IMG/VR virus record: IMGVR_UViG_3300035182_000826
Location: 97,453 to 161,452 of that record
Direction: 5' to 3' (one strand)
Origin: a virus
DNA length: 64,000 nucleotides
Shown: positions 28,701 to 38,990 of the stretch, piece after piece
How positions within the stretch are numbered: the stretch's first letter is position 1
Layout: each line of letters begins with the position of its first letter
Translations under genes and position numbers: made by a program
The notes under the pieces: generated by a model
The model's database searches: none
The model's input: the letters and a program-made list of their open reading frames with translations, nothing else
Told to the model about the DNA's origin: nothing

Positions 28701-28750
28701 CGATTGTTACAAAAAAGATTAGCACGTTGAATGCAAAATGGTGTTATGAT
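28696..28750 (+). promoter_or_regulatory. TGTAAC-N4-GTTACA motif plus extended -10 (TGnTATGAT)
   Basis: Direct sequence reading. Confidence 0.6.
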
Positions 28751-28759
28751 TTCTCCATC

Positions 28760-28921
28760 ATGACACCATTTCAGAAACGCGAGCTCAGAAAGGTAAACAT
28801 CCGGCTGTTCAAGCTGGGCTGTGCCCTCGCGTTGAACAGCATTAAGATTTGGTGGTACTCGGGCTGGTGGGCGCCAATCACGGCAACCATCGTCGCGTTC
28901 GCCTTGAAAGAAGTGCTGTGA
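28760..28921 (+). CDS. Small membrane protein
   Basis: Hydrophobic ORF coupled to the next gene. Confidence 0.5.
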   Translation: MTPFQKRELRKVNIRLFKLGCALALNSIKIWWYSGWWAPITATIVAFALKEVL

Positions 28922-29565
28922 CAAAATTTCATGGTGGCTTCACACCGTCAGCAACTTCTGCGTACACGGACTACTCGTACCTTTTCCCGCCTCGGCCTAC
29001 AAACGCGATCGCACGATCAATGTTGTCGTTTTACGAAGCCCGTGGTTGGGTTGCGCAGAAGAAAAAGAATGGAACCTGTACCGTTGTCTTCGCGAACGGC
29101 GACGACGTGATCTTCAAGACACGGCACAACGACGACCACAAGATGTGGACGCCGAAACAAGATCACGTCAAGTTCTTTCAAGGGCGCCCTGGCTGGAATG
29201 TTTACGTCTGTGAACTCTTGCACTCGAAAGTGAAGGGCGGCCCAAAGGACGAGCTGTACATCTTTGATCAGATCGTGTGTGATTCATTCCAATTGATTGG
29301 GAGCACATTCGAACAACGGCAGAAGATGCTTGATCACCGGTTTCCTGGGAAGGACACTGGAGACGTTTATCGACTGGCAGACAGGGTGTCCCGTGCAAAG
29401 TTGATTTACGACTACTTCGATGAGGTCTTCGAGGAACTCGAGCCTGAAGATGAAGGGTTGGTTCTGAAGGATCCGAACGGTGTCTTGGAGCGCTGTACGA
29501 AGGATGGAATGAACACGGGATGGCAAGTCAAGTGCCGGCTTCCCACAAAGAACTACTCAGCATAA
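28918..29565 (+). CDS. Minimal ATP-dependent ligase / capping-type nucleotidyltransferase domain
   Basis: QKKKNG (motif I-like), CELL, YIFD, DEGLVLK and QVKCR; no OB domain; GTG start overlaps the upstream stop. Confidence 0.65.
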   Translation: MTKFHGGFTPSATSAYTDYSYLFPPRPTNAIARSMLSFYEARGWVAQKKKNGTCTVVFANGDDVIFKTRHNDDHKMWTPKQDHVKFFQGRPGWNVYVCELLHSKVKGGPKDELYIFDQIVCDSFQLIGSTFEQRQKMLDHRFPGKDTGDVYRLADRVSRAKLIYDYFDEVFEELEPEDEGLVLKDPNGVLERCTKDGMNTGWQVKCRLPTKNYSA

Positions 29566-29631
29566 CCCAGAAATAAGCCGTTTTTTAATCCGCTTTAGTG
29601 AATAATCAGGCCCTCAATAGAGGGCCTTTTT

Positions 29632-30735
29632 ATGCGCGAAATTTTTGATGCGCTCTTCTCAGAGTTCAAAGCCGGTGAATTGTGGAAAGCCATGGAAGAG
29701 ACTGTTGAAGACTCTCCTTGGCATCGTGAGGCAAATGTGGCTGTTCATACCCAAATGGTCATTGACCAAGTGGATGTGTCTCCGTTTGAACTCACTGAGC
29801 GTGAGCGATTTGTTGTGAAGCTGATTGCCATGTTCCATGATGTTGGCAAACCTGCCGCCCAGGAAGTGCTGTTTCGAGAAGATGGCACCAAGTACCGCAG
29901 ATATGCCGGTCACGAGCTGATTTCTGGTGTGCTGTTCATGGATGAGTACGTTGGCAGCGCTGCACTCCAACAGCATGTTGGCCTTACCACAGCAAGAGCC
30001 ATTCGCTGGGTCTTGGAGAACCATTTGCCTTATGGTCTCACGGACAAGCAAAAGGTGAATGGATTGATGCTCTCTGCGCATCAGCTGTTGGCCGATGCTG
30101 GCTTGTCAATGAATGTCTTTTGGGCTTCACTGTTGGCTGATTGCTGCGGGCGGATCAGTGATGATCACGCTGAAAAGATCCAAAAAGTCAAGGTCTGGAT
30201 CGAAGAGATGCAGAAATACTCGATCATGCCAATGCCTGGGCCTGCTGTCAAGCAAGTGATTTTGATGTGCGGCCCCTCTGGATCTGGAAAGACCACTTTC
30301 ATCAAACAGCACTTTTCACCGGAGGTGCCCGTGTACTCACGTGATGACTATATCATTGAGTACTACAAGGCGTCGCCGGTGTACAACGGTGAGACCAGGC
30401 AAGTGCTTTACGACAAAGCCTGGCAGTACGCTACCAGCAACGAGTTCGAAAAGGCATTCAAAGAGCGGCTTCATCACATGTTGAAATCCAACACATGCGT
30501 GATTGTTGACATGACGAATTGCTCCAAGAAGGCAAGAGGCAAAACCATCAATGTCGCTAGACAGTTTGGTTTCAGTGTGCATGCCATTGAATTTTGGGTG
30601 AGCTGGCAGATCATTGAGAGACGGAACAACACTCGTGAGCGGAAGATTCCACCGCTGGCACTGTTCAAGCAGTTCATGATGTGTTCTGTTGTGGCACCGT
30701 CAGAAGCTGATCACATCACTTCAATTATGGCGTGA
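29632..30735 (+). CDS. HD phosphoesterase-polynucleotide kinase fusion (HD-Pnk-like)
   Basis: WHRE..V..HT, FHDVGK, GHE, AD..GR; C-terminal GPSGSGKTT, SRDD and VDMTN. Confidence 0.8.
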   Translation: MREIFDALFSEFKAGELWKAMEETVEDSPWHREANVAVHTQMVIDQVDVSPFELTERERFVVKLIAMFHDVGKPAAQEVLFREDGTKYRRYAGHELISGVLFMDEYVGSAALQQHVGLTTARAIRWVLENHLPYGLTDKQKVNGLMLSAHQLLADAGLSMNVFWASLLADCCGRISDDHAEKIQKVKVWIEEMQKYSIMPMPGPAVKQVILMCGPSGSGKTTFIKQHFSPEVPVYSRDDYIIEYYKASPVYNGETRQVLYDKAWQYATSNEFEKAFKERLHHMLKSNTCVIVDMTNCSKKARGKTINVARQFGFSVHAIEFWVSWQIIERRNNTRERKIPPLALFKQFMMCSVVAPSEADHITSIMA

Positions 30736-30873
30736 AACCCAAGGGTGGGTTATCGCAAAGAACCCACCTCGTTACAATTTCTCCATGCTCATAAAATTGA
30801 GCTTTCTGCCGGAAACGCTAAATAGTAATGCCTATGGCGCGTTTCACAATGTTTTACTTTTGGAGATTTTTAT

Positions 30874-31734
30874 ATGTCACGTTCCCTTGCCGACCTCGCA
30901 GCAGCCTTTGCCGCAAAGAACAAGCCTTCCAACTCAAACCCTGATGCACACTGGAAGCAGTTTTTTCCATTCTGGAAGGCCCCAGTCGACAGCACGACGA
31001 TCTTTCGATTCCTTCGTGATGGCGATGAATCCAACCCCCTTGACTTCCTAGTCGAAAACTACACCCACGAACTCGTTGTGAACGGGAAGCGTGAGACTGT
31101 CGCATGCCTGCGCATGTATGACGAGGAATGCCCGATCTGCGCTCTGTCAGCTCACTTCTATGACAAGAAGAGCCCTGACTACAACGAAGACCTCGGCAAG
31201 CGCTTCTATCGCAAGCGTTCTTACATCGCTCAAGGTTTGGTTGTTGAAAGCCCAGTTGAGCATGATCATGAACAACTGGTGAAGCTTGTTGAATTTGGCC
31301 CTCAAATCTTCAAGCAGATTGAAGCTGCATTCAAGCGCAACGACTTTGACCGTTACCCATATGAGCTCAAGGGTGGATACAACTTCCGCTTCGAGAAGAC
31401 TCAGACTGGTCAAGGTCAAAACAGCTACACGACTTCGACCTTCCAAGGTCGTCCGTCTGACATCGCTGATGATGTGATTGAAAAGATCAAGCTGAACAAC
31501 CTGTCTGAAAAGCGTACGCCGAAGACAGATCGCGCTGCTATTGACGCCCTGTTGACTGCTGCACTGGCTTCGATGAGTGGTCCTGCTCCTGCACCGGCTC
31601 CTGCTGCTTCGCAAATGGCCGCGGCTGCGCCAGTTCAAGCTCCTGCAGCTCCTGCAGCTCCTGCAACTGGTGGTAGCTCGCTGTCTGACGCACTGCGCGA
31701 ACGCATTCGTCGTGCACAAGAACAGGCCGAGTAA
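30874..31734 (+). CDS. Single-stranded DNA-binding protein (gp32-like)
   Basis: FRFL.D, C...Y.E.CPIC, FG.QIF and GYNF motifs; Ala/Pro-rich tail; precedes uvsX. Confidence 0.8.
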   Translation: MSRSLADLAAAFAAKNKPSNSNPDAHWKQFFPFWKAPVDSTTIFRFLRDGDESNPLDFLVENYTHELVVNGKRETVACLRMYDEECPICALSAHFYDKKSPDYNEDLGKRFYRKRSYIAQGLVVESPVEHDHEQLVKLVEFGPQIFKQIEAAFKRNDFDRYPYELKGGYNFRFEKTQTGQGQNSYTTSTFQGRPSDIADDVIEKIKLNNLSEKRTPKTDRAAIDALLTAALASMSGPAPAPAPAASQMAAAAPVQAPAAPAAPATGGSSLSDALRERIRRAQEQAE

Positions 31735-31745
31735 TCTGCTTAGTG

Positions 31746-31770
31746 GGCCGGAGAATCTCCGGCCTTTTTT
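31746..31770 (+). terminator. Intrinsic terminator
   Basis: GGCCGGAGA-A-TCTCCGGCC followed by T6. Confidence 0.8.
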
Positions 31771-31793
31771 GGCTTCAAAAATGAGGTAACCAA

Positions 31794-32858
31794 ATGGCAC
31801 TAGCTTTCCTAAAGAACTTTAGAAAGAAGCTTGAGAAAATTCAAGACGTGACCACGTCCTTTGGCCCGCCGATGTTCTGGTACAGCACTGGGAATTACGC
31901 GGTTGATAAGGCAGTTTCTGGCTCTTTCTTGCATGGCATTCCACAAGGCCGCATCACCTGTCTTGCTGGTCCTTCTGGCTCAGGCAAGTCGTTCCTACTC
32001 TGCAACATCCTGAAGAACGCACAAGACCAAGGCGCCTTTGTGTTTGTTGTCGACTCTGAACATGCTCTTGACTCTGGGTTCATGTCACGGATCGGCATGA
32101 AGACAGATGATGAAAACTTCCAGTACGCTGGTGTGACGACATTCTCACACGTTGTGACTGTGGTTTCTGATTTCATCAACGAGTATGTGAGCGCATATGG
32201 GTATGATAACCCAGACGCACCAAAGGTGATCATTGCGCTTGACTCACTTGACATGCTGTTGACAGACACTGAAGATGTGAACTTTGACAAGGGTGAGCAG
32301 AAGGGCGACCAGGGTCAACGCGCGAAGCAGGCTAAGCACATGCTACGGACCCTTGTTTCTCGCATTAAGCGTCTACCAATGGCGTTCATTGTCACACACC
32401 AGGTTTACCCGAACACTGATCTGATGAATGGTCTTGGTATGTGGATCGTGAACAACGCAATCAAGTACTCTGCGTCTCAGATCTTCCTGATCACGAACAC
32501 TCGCCTGAAAGAAGAAGGTGAAGTGAAGGGTGTGAAGATGAAAGTAGAAACCTACAAGTCACGGTTTGCTAAGCTTGGCACTCAAGTGACAGTTGAGGTT
32601 CCTTACGACAAGGGCATGAACAAGTTCTCTGGCTTCCTAGACATGATGGAAGAGATGGGGATTGTGAAATCGGCCGGTGCTTGGAAGAAATTCGAGCTGC
32701 CAGGTCAGGAGCCAATCAGCTTCCAGTCAAAGAACCTCGATGACGAGTTGTTCAGGAAGATCATGACTCACCCGCTCATTGCAGAAGAGGAACGTGATCT
32801 GGCACAGTTGCTGCAATCAGAGGAAGTTCTGCATGAAGAAGCAGAAACGGTTGAGTAA
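31794..32858 (+). CDS. uvsX: RecA-like recombinase UvsX
   Basis: STGNY, GIPQGRIT.LAGPSGSGKS, DSEHA, LDSL and KSRF motifs. Confidence 0.9.
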   Translation: MALAFLKNFRKKLEKIQDVTTSFGPPMFWYSTGNYAVDKAVSGSFLHGIPQGRITCLAGPSGSGKSFLLCNILKNAQDQGAFVFVVDSEHALDSGFMSRIGMKTDDENFQYAGVTTFSHVVTVVSDFINEYVSAYGYDNPDAPKVIIALDSLDMLLTDTEDVNFDKGEQKGDQGQRAKQAKHMLRTLVSRIKRLPMAFIVTHQVYPNTDLMNGLGMWIVNNAIKYSASQIFLITNTRLKEEGEVKGVKMKVETYKSRFAKLGTQVTVEVPYDKGMNKFSGFLDMMEEMGIVKSAGAWKKFELPGQEPISFQSKNLDDELFRKIMTHPLIAEEERDLAQLLQSEEVLHEEAETVE

Positions 32859-32880
32859 CCCAGCACTCAAGTGCTAACGT

Positions 32881-32920
32881 AATGGGTGTTGTTACAATTT
32901 GGTTTGTAACAACACCCATT
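32881..32920. repeat. Perfect 17-bp inverted repeat containing GTTACA/TGTAAC
   Basis: AATGGGTGTTGTTACAA-TTTGGT-TTGTAACAACACCCATT. Confidence 0.85.
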
Positions 32921-32926
32921 TTCCAT

Positions 32927-33403
32927 ATGTCAAGAAAACTGAACTTATTTGCGCTCAGTTCTAATTTCGAAGAGATGTCAGCCGAAATTATGAACTACAT
33001 CGTTGATTGGATCAAAGACATCAACAATTCAGAGCCAATTTTTAACATTGAAGGCAAGCGGATTGAGCTGATTCTGCGTGATCTACCGCATCACCAAGTG
33101 TACTACTCTCAACGTGCAGTTGAGGCGAATTCCGTACTCAGTTGGTTGCGAAATATCAAGGCAAAGCGTGAGGCCATTGTGTTGAAGAACTACTTGAATA
33201 CACCGCGCGCCTTGAGTGTTAAGGAGCAAACTGTCCTATCACAGGGTGAACCGCAGATCGTTGAAATCAATCAGCTGATCGTTGAAGTTGAGTTCAGAAA
33301 GAACTCGCTCGAAGAGATCGTAGAGGCAATCAAACAGCTGGCATGGTCGATGAATTACGTGACGCGCATGCGTGTCGCTGAAATGGAAGACGCGGTGATC
33401 TAA
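32927..33403 (+). CDS. uvsY: Recombination mediator UvsY-like
   Basis: Helical protein of about 160 aa between uvsX and uvsW; C-terminal W.MN...MR.A. Confidence 0.6.
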   Translation: MSRKLNLFALSSNFEEMSAEIMNYIVDWIKDINNSEPIFNIEGKRIELILRDLPHHQVYYSQRAVEANSVLSWLRNIKAKREAIVLKNYLNTPRALSVKEQTVLSQGEPQIVEINQLIVEVEFRKNSLEEIVEAIKQLAWSMNYVTRMRVAEMEDAVI

Positions 33404-34803
33404 TGAAAGTTTGTGATGTTTGGGTAAAGGATGAGGTTTGGGCAGTGGTAACTGGGTTAAGCCCAGAGGATTTCGTGTCGTTGTGGAACCTGTTCGGCAT
33501 TGAGGTTGAAGGTTCATTCTTCATGCCAGCAAGAAAGTTGGGTCGCTGGGACGGCAAGATCAGGTTCTTTGACAAGCAGGGTAGGATTTTCCTACGCCTG
33601 CTACCTGAGATGGCGAATCACTTGGATCACTGGGGTTACACAGTGAACTTTCATGATGAGCGTCGCCCAGTTAAACCAATCAACATTCAAGTGAATGAGG
33701 ACTGGTTCGCTCATATTGAGACACCTAAGATCAAGCTTCGGCCATATCAAGTTTCAGCAGTGAATGCTGCAATCACAAATGGGTCAGGGTTCATTGTCGC
33801 TGCCACCGGTGCTGGCAAAACGATCATGATCAACGCGCTCTGTGACGCGTTCAACAAGTCTGGCATGACCACCCTGGTAATTGTGCCAAGCATTGATCTA
33901 GCTGAGCAGACTGCAGCTACTTTCAAGCTGACACAAACTCAGGTGTCAACTTACACTGGCGCATCCAAGGAAATTTCACAGAACACGATTGCCACTTGGC
34001 AATCACTCCAGAACAGAATGGATGTGATTTCCGAGTTTGATGTGGTAATCGTTGACGAGGCTCACGGTGCAACGGCCAAAACCATTGGAGATTTGATCAC
34101 CAATCATGGTAAGAACATTGCCTACCGGTATGGTTTCACTGGCACCATGCCAAAGCCTCTCACCGATCAGTACACACTCAGGGGGTCAATTGGAGAGGTT
34201 CTATTCTCAATTTCAGCTCGTGAACTTATTGACCTTGGGTACCTAGCAAAGCTTGAAATTGAGCCCATTCAGATTCAGGAGAATGTTGATGAGGACTTCC
34301 CTGATTATGGATCAGAGAAGTCCTTCGTGTCACGGTCTACTGACCGTCTTGATTTGATCGCCGATCTGATTATTGCAAAGGCTGCTCAATACGGGAACAC
34401 CCTAGTGCTAGTGCACTCAGTGAAGCAGGGAAGACAGTTGCAAGAACTGATTAAGGATTCGGTGTTCCTATATGGGGAAACAGAATCTGATGTGCGCGCT
34501 GAGTGGTACAGCACCTTCGAATCGCGAGATGATCTGATTGTCATTGCAACATCTGGCATTGCCTCAACCGGTATCTCAATTGACCGAGTGTTCAATCTAA
34601 TGCTAATTGACGCAGGTAAGTCCTTCGTGAAAGCAATTCAGTCAATTGGGCGCGGCCTCAGAAAGGGGCATGACAAAGAGGAGGTTCACGTGTGTGATGT
34701 GCACTCATCTCTCAAATGGGGGAAGAAGCATGCCAGAGAGAGAAAGCGTTATTACCAGGAGGCAGGCTACCCTGTTCTAAAGACCGTAAAGGTGAAACCG
34801 TGA
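33403..34803 (+). CDS. uvsW: SF2 helicase UvsW
   Basis: WDGKI, LRPYQ, ATGAGKT, DEAH, GFTGT and QSIGRGLR motifs. Confidence 0.92.
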   Translation: MKVCDVWVKDEVWAVVTGLSPEDFVSLWNLFGIEVEGSFFMPARKLGRWDGKIRFFDKQGRIFLRLLPEMANHLDHWGYTVNFHDERRPVKPINIQVNEDWFAHIETPKIKLRPYQVSAVNAAITNGSGFIVAATGAGKTIMINALCDAFNKSGMTTLVIVPSIDLAEQTAATFKLTQTQVSTYTGASKEISQNTIATWQSLQNRMDVISEFDVVIVDEAHGATAKTIGDLITNHGKNIAYRYGFTGTMPKPLTDQYTLRGSIGEVLFSISARELIDLGYLAKLEIEPIQIQENVDEDFPDYGSEKSFVSRSTDRLDLIADLIIAKAAQYGNTLVLVHSVKQGRQLQELIKDSVFLYGETESDVRAEWYSTFESRDDLIVIATSGIASTGISIDRVFNLMLIDAGKSFVKAIQSIGRGLRKGHDKEEVHVCDVHSSLKWGKKHARERKRYYQEAGYPVLKTVKVKP

Positions 34804-35207
34804 AGAAAACACTAATGTACGCGGATAAGCTATCAAAAACAGGTCATCTTTATCCAAGGGCTGAAGTTGAAAAGGCGCTTAGCAAGAGGTCTGAGTTCTT
34901 TGGACAGGTAGGTCCGTCCTATAACGGCATATTGGATATGTCTAACATCTCTCACCGCGTAACAAATCTTGAACTTCATCCTGATGGTCGTGTTACCGGG
35001 GACGTTGAGCTCTTGAGAACGCCAGCAGGTCTTTTTGCCGAGTCATTGATAGCGAATTATCTGGTTCGGCCAGAATCTATTGGAAGTATATTCACAGCAA
35101 CTGGCAGTAAACAAGAAGGTGAAGTCAAGGTAATGACGGGAATTACGTTCCTTAGCTTTAATCTCATTGAACCACAAAACAATACTTGGCCAGATCAGGA
35201 AGAATAA
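34800..35207 (+). CDS. Degenerate prohead-protease (gp21/S77)-like protein
   Basis: G.LYP, ISHRVTNL and G.VELL.TPAG resemble gp21; GELGHP and SSRG catalytic motifs not retained. Confidence 0.5.
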   Translation: MKKTLMYADKLSKTGHLYPRAEVEKALSKRSEFFGQVGPSYNGILDMSNISHRVTNLELHPDGRVTGDVELLRTPAGLFAESLIANYLVRPESIGSIFTATGSKQEGEVKVMTGITFLSFNLIEPQNNTWPDQEE

Positions 35208-35716
35208 TGATTACCCTCAGTGAAGCAAATCACCCTTACGTCATAGATTCCATCACTACCCCATTAGTTTTGCGGAATCATTGGTTCTTCAATGCCAAAG
35301 AAATGGATTTTTTCCTACAGGAAGTTGGTTACCTTGAGGAGTTTGTCGGCCCAACAATGAAGCTTCTTGTTGGGATTGATGAGATTGAGGTGCCAGCCTC
35401 TTGGACAATCATGATGGTTGACAGAGAAACATACACCGTTGACATGGTACCTGTCACTGCCGCTGGTGCATTTGAGCATGATGTGTTCGTGTTTTCACCA
35501 AGCGACTCAAAGCTGATTACTGAAAAGGTCAGAGTTATCGATTACAATCCTCAGGGCATCTTTGTTTATCCATCTCTTGAACGTACACAAGCGGTCATTC
35601 ATGCAATTGGCCCAGGTCAGCTACATGGAAAAGAAATTTCACGAGGCGTGTTGATCAGCCCAAATGATCTATGGAGACATATTTCGGGTTCAACAGTGGG
35701 TGATATTCTGAACTAA
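35207..35716 (+). CDS. Conserved hypothetical protein
   Basis: ORF coupled to upstream gene (TAATG). Confidence 0.65.
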   Translation: MITLSEANHPYVIDSITTPLVLRNHWFFNAKEMDFFLQEVGYLEEFVGPTMKLLVGIDEIEVPASWTIMMVDRETYTVDMVPVTAAGAFEHDVFVFSPSDSKLITEKVRVIDYNPQGIFVYPSLERTQAVIHAIGPGQLHGKEISRGVLISPNDLWRHISGSTVGDILN

Positions 35717-35735
35717 GCACCGCATAGCCGACACC

Positions 35736-35763
35736 GCCTCGGCGACACGAGGCGACACCGGTG
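35736..35763. repeat. Solo hybrid of repeat modules B and A
   Basis: GCCTCGGCGACACGAGGCGACACCGGTG; CCTCGGCGACACGAGGCGAC is the reverse complement of 24986-25005. Confidence 0.8.
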
Positions 35764-35895
35764 CCCTCAGAAAAAGGCGGGCGTATGAACTAACACAGGG
35801 GGCCTTAAAGGGCCCCTGTGTCTTTTCTGTGGCCCATTGGTGTTAACAAGATTTGATACGTACCCCATAAATATCTCTTTACGATGGAGATGTTT

Positions 35896-36483
35896 ATGGG
35901 GTACTCTGATACTTTCTTGAAAGCCCTAGCTCACGCAATGTTGTATGAAGTAGGCCCAAATTTCAACCCAGTTGATCCTGAAACAGCGGCTGGGTTGATT
36001 GCAACGGCAGCGCAACGAAAGAAGGTTGGTTATACAAACACACCAGGCGATAATGGCGGTGAGACCAAGTTCGGTGTCGCAAAGAACGCCAATCCAGCAA
36101 TTGATGTGACTAATCTTACGTACACTCAAGCCCAAGATGTGTATTTCTACAAGTATTGGTTGCCAAGTGGTTGCAACGCCATTGACCAGATCGGCATGTC
36201 AAAGCTTGCGATCTTACACTTTGATGGGTGTGTAAACATTGGCGTTGGTCGCGCGTCGCAGTTTCTTCAGGAAGTTCTTGGTGTAACTCAGGACGGAAAG
36301 ATTGGAAACGTCGCAATCACTGCGTTGAAATCAAGAGATGAAGCAGACGTCTGTTCAAAGCTTTGTGATAGACGCGCCGCATACTATCAGGCCATCGTTT
36401 CAAAAAATCCATCTCAGGCAAAGTTCCTAAATGGATGGTTACGCCGGATCCAAGAGGTACGGGACTACGTGATGAAAAAGTAA
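35896..36483 (+). CDS. Endolysin, glycoside hydrolase family 108 with PG-binding domain
   Basis: DNGGETKFGV, YW, FD.CVN.G, LQ..LG...DG.IG and KFLNGWLRR motifs; TAAATA at 35868-35873. Confidence 0.9.
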   Translation: MGYSDTFLKALAHAMLYEVGPNFNPVDPETAAGLIATAAQRKKVGYTNTPGDNGGETKFGVAKNANPAIDVTNLTYTQAQDVYFYKYWLPSGCNAIDQIGMSKLAILHFDGCVNIGVGRASQFLQEVLGVTQDGKIGNVAITALKSRDEADVCSKLCDRRAAYYQAIVSKNPSQAKFLNGWLRRIQEVRDYVMKK

Positions 36484-36557
36484 CCCCGTGCGTCTTATAA
36501 CCTAGGTCTTAGGTTATATCGAAAACCCAAAACTATACAATTAAAGAAATCTTCTCT

Positions 36558-38912
36558 ATGTCATCTGATATTGCAAACATGAATGTCATCAAAAGAAATG
36601 GATCAGTAGAACCATTCAACCTACTCAAGTGGCAACAACAAATCAGCAAGGTCTGTGAAGGCATCGCTGACGTGTCTCCTTCAATGATTGAAATTGGCGC
36701 CCAGGCCCAGTTCAAAGATGGGATGACCACCCGCGAGCTTGATCAAATTGCCCTTCAATCGATGGTGAATCTGATCGATGAGGAACTGAATCCTGACGTT
36801 GGGAATGTGAACTACCAATACGTTGCTGGTAAGCAAATGCTAACCATGCTACGCAAGGACGTTTACGGCAAGCACGAGCCGCCACGTCTTTATGAGATCG
36901 TCAAGAAGAACGTTGAGCTGAAGTTGTACACTGAAGAGCTGCTTCAGTGGTACACCGAGGAAGAGTGGGACTACCTAGAGAAACACATTGAGCACGAACG
37001 TGACGAGGAGCTTTCTTACGCGGCCATTGCGCAACTCATTGAGAAGTACCTGATTCGCAATCGAGCGACCAATCAAATCGTCGAAACCCCTCAAGTGCGA
37101 TACATGATTGCAGCCGCAACAATGTTCCACTGTGAAAAGAAGAACCGTCTGAAGTGGGTGAAGGAGTTCTACCTAGCTGCGTCTGATGGACAGTTCACAC
37201 TGGCAACTCCAGTGCTCGCCGGTCTTGGCACGAAGACTAAGCAGTTCAGCTCTTGTGTGCTGATTCGCACTGATGACACGCTGAAATCAATCTTTGCAAC
37301 TGGCCAAATCATGGCTGATTACGCCTCCAAGCGTGCAGGGATTGGTCTTGACATCGGGCGCATGCGCCCGCTAGGCGCAAGCATTCGTAACGGTGAGGTG
37401 ATGCACACTGGCATCATTCCGTTCCTAAAGAAGTGGTACGCAGACCTTCGGTCTTGCTCGCAAGGTGGTATCAGAAACGCATCGGCGACTGTGAATATGC
37501 CGATCTGGCACTACCAGATTGATGACTTCTTGGTGTTGAAGAACAACAAGGGCACTGAAGAAACCCGCATTCGTCAGCTTGACTATTGTGCGGTTGCATC
37601 AAAGTTCTTCTGGCGCTTGTACAAGAACGACGAAATGATGACGTTGTTCGACCCGAACGAAGTGCCAGACATGTACAAGGCGTTCTACGAGAACACTGGT
37701 GAGTTCGAGCGCTTATACAAGAAGTACTCAGCTGACACGACACTTCGCACGAAGAAGCTGCCTGCTAGAACTGTGATGGGTTGGTTCATTGACGAGCGTT
37801 CTGACATGGGCCGCATCTACTTGTTGAACATCGACAATGTGATGAACCAAGGACCGTTCATCGTCGAGGATTACCCAACTACTCAGACAAATCTCTGCAC
37901 TGAGATCATGTTGCCGACAGTGCCATTCCAATCAATTGAAGATCCTGATGGAATGATTGCGCTGTGCACGCTTGGTTCTACGAACTGGGGTAAGTTCCGT
38001 CACCCAACAGAGCTGCGGAACGCAATTCGCCTATTGCAGCGCGGTCTGCATAACCTGCTTGCAAACTACCAAGAATTCCTGAGCATTCACTCAGGAACTC
38101 ACAACAGGTTGTTCGAGCCGCTCGGCATTGGTATCACAAATCTTGCTTACTGGCACGCCAAGCGCAAGCTGAAGTACGGTGAACCAGAAGCACTGGCAGA
38201 AGTCAAGCGTTGGATTGAACACCAATCCTTCTATCTGACTGAGATGTCAGTTGACCTGGCGAAGGAGTTTGGCCCTTGTGAAGGGTGGAAGAGCACGTGG
38301 GCCAGCAAGGGAGTGTTCACGTGGGAGCGGCGCGCTGAAGGTTCGAATGAACTCACCGACTTTACCCCATCAGACGATTTGAATTGGGAAGGTCTGCGCA
38401 AGGACATGGTCGCTTACGGCATCCGAAACGCCACGACAGGGGCGATTGCACCAGTTGAAAGTTCAAGCGTTGTGTTGAACAGCACGAACGGCATCAACAT
38501 GGTGAAGTCACTGATCGTGACAAAGCGATCCAAGGCTGGTGACTTTGTTCAGGTAGTTCCTGAGTACAAGAAGCTCAAGAAGTACTACCAACTGATGTGG
38601 GATCAACCTGATTGTGTTGAGTACCTAAAGACTGCTGCAGTGCTTCAGGTCTATGTTGATCAGGGCATCTCTACAGACACGTTCTATTCACCACGGCATT
38701 TCAAGGATGGCAAGATCAGCAGAACCATGGTAGTGGGTAACCTAATGCGTGGGATTCACTGGGGGCTGAAATCGTTCTACTATCATCTTGTCGAAAAGCA
38801 GGCAACACTTGAGGTGAAGGAAGAACCAACAATTGAGCAAGTGAATGCGGAGCTTGCGGCCATCACCGAAGATACCAAGGAAGAAGAGTACTGCGAATCA
38901 TGTGTGCTATGA
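36558..38912 (+). CDS. nrdA: Ribonucleotide reductase class Ia alpha subunit
   Basis: ATP-cone VIKRNG, QFSSC, TNLCTEI, LKSFYY and C-terminal CESC. Confidence 0.97.
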   Translation: MSSDIANMNVIKRNGSVEPFNLLKWQQQISKVCEGIADVSPSMIEIGAQAQFKDGMTTRELDQIALQSMVNLIDEELNPDVGNVNYQYVAGKQMLTMLRKDVYGKHEPPRLYEIVKKNVELKLYTEELLQWYTEEEWDYLEKHIEHERDEELSYAAIAQLIEKYLIRNRATNQIVETPQVRYMIAAATMFHCEKKNRLKWVKEFYLAASDGQFTLATPVLAGLGTKTKQFSSCVLIRTDDTLKSIFATGQIMADYASKRAGIGLDIGRMRPLGASIRNGEVMHTGIIPFLKKWYADLRSCSQGGIRNASATVNMPIWHYQIDDFLVLKNNKGTEETRIRQLDYCAVASKFFWRLYKNDEMMTLFDPNEVPDMYKAFYENTGEFERLYKKYSADTTLRTKKLPARTVMGWFIDERSDMGRIYLLNIDNVMNQGPFIVEDYPTTQTNLCTEIMLPTVPFQSIEDPDGMIALCTLGSTNWGKFRHPTELRNAIRLLQRGLHNLLANYQEFLSIHSGTHNRLFEPLGIGITNLAYWHAKRKLKYGEPEALAEVKRWIEHQSFYLTEMSVDLAKEFGPCEGWKSTWASKGVFTWERRAEGSNELTDFTPSDDLNWEGLRKDMVAYGIRNATTGAIAPVESSSVVLNSTNGINMVKSLIVTKRSKAGDFVQVVPEYKKLKKYYQLMWDQPDCVEYLKTAAVLQVYVDQGISTDTFYSPRHFKDGKISRTMVVGNLMRGIHWGLKSFYYHLVEKQATLEVKEEPTIEQVNAELAAITEDTKEEEYCESCVL

Positions 38913-38990
38913 CAAATGAACTTTACCCAAATAGGGCAGCTGCTGACGACAGTGTTGAAGTTGTTGAAGTTGTTAAATTGGATGTGAAAA

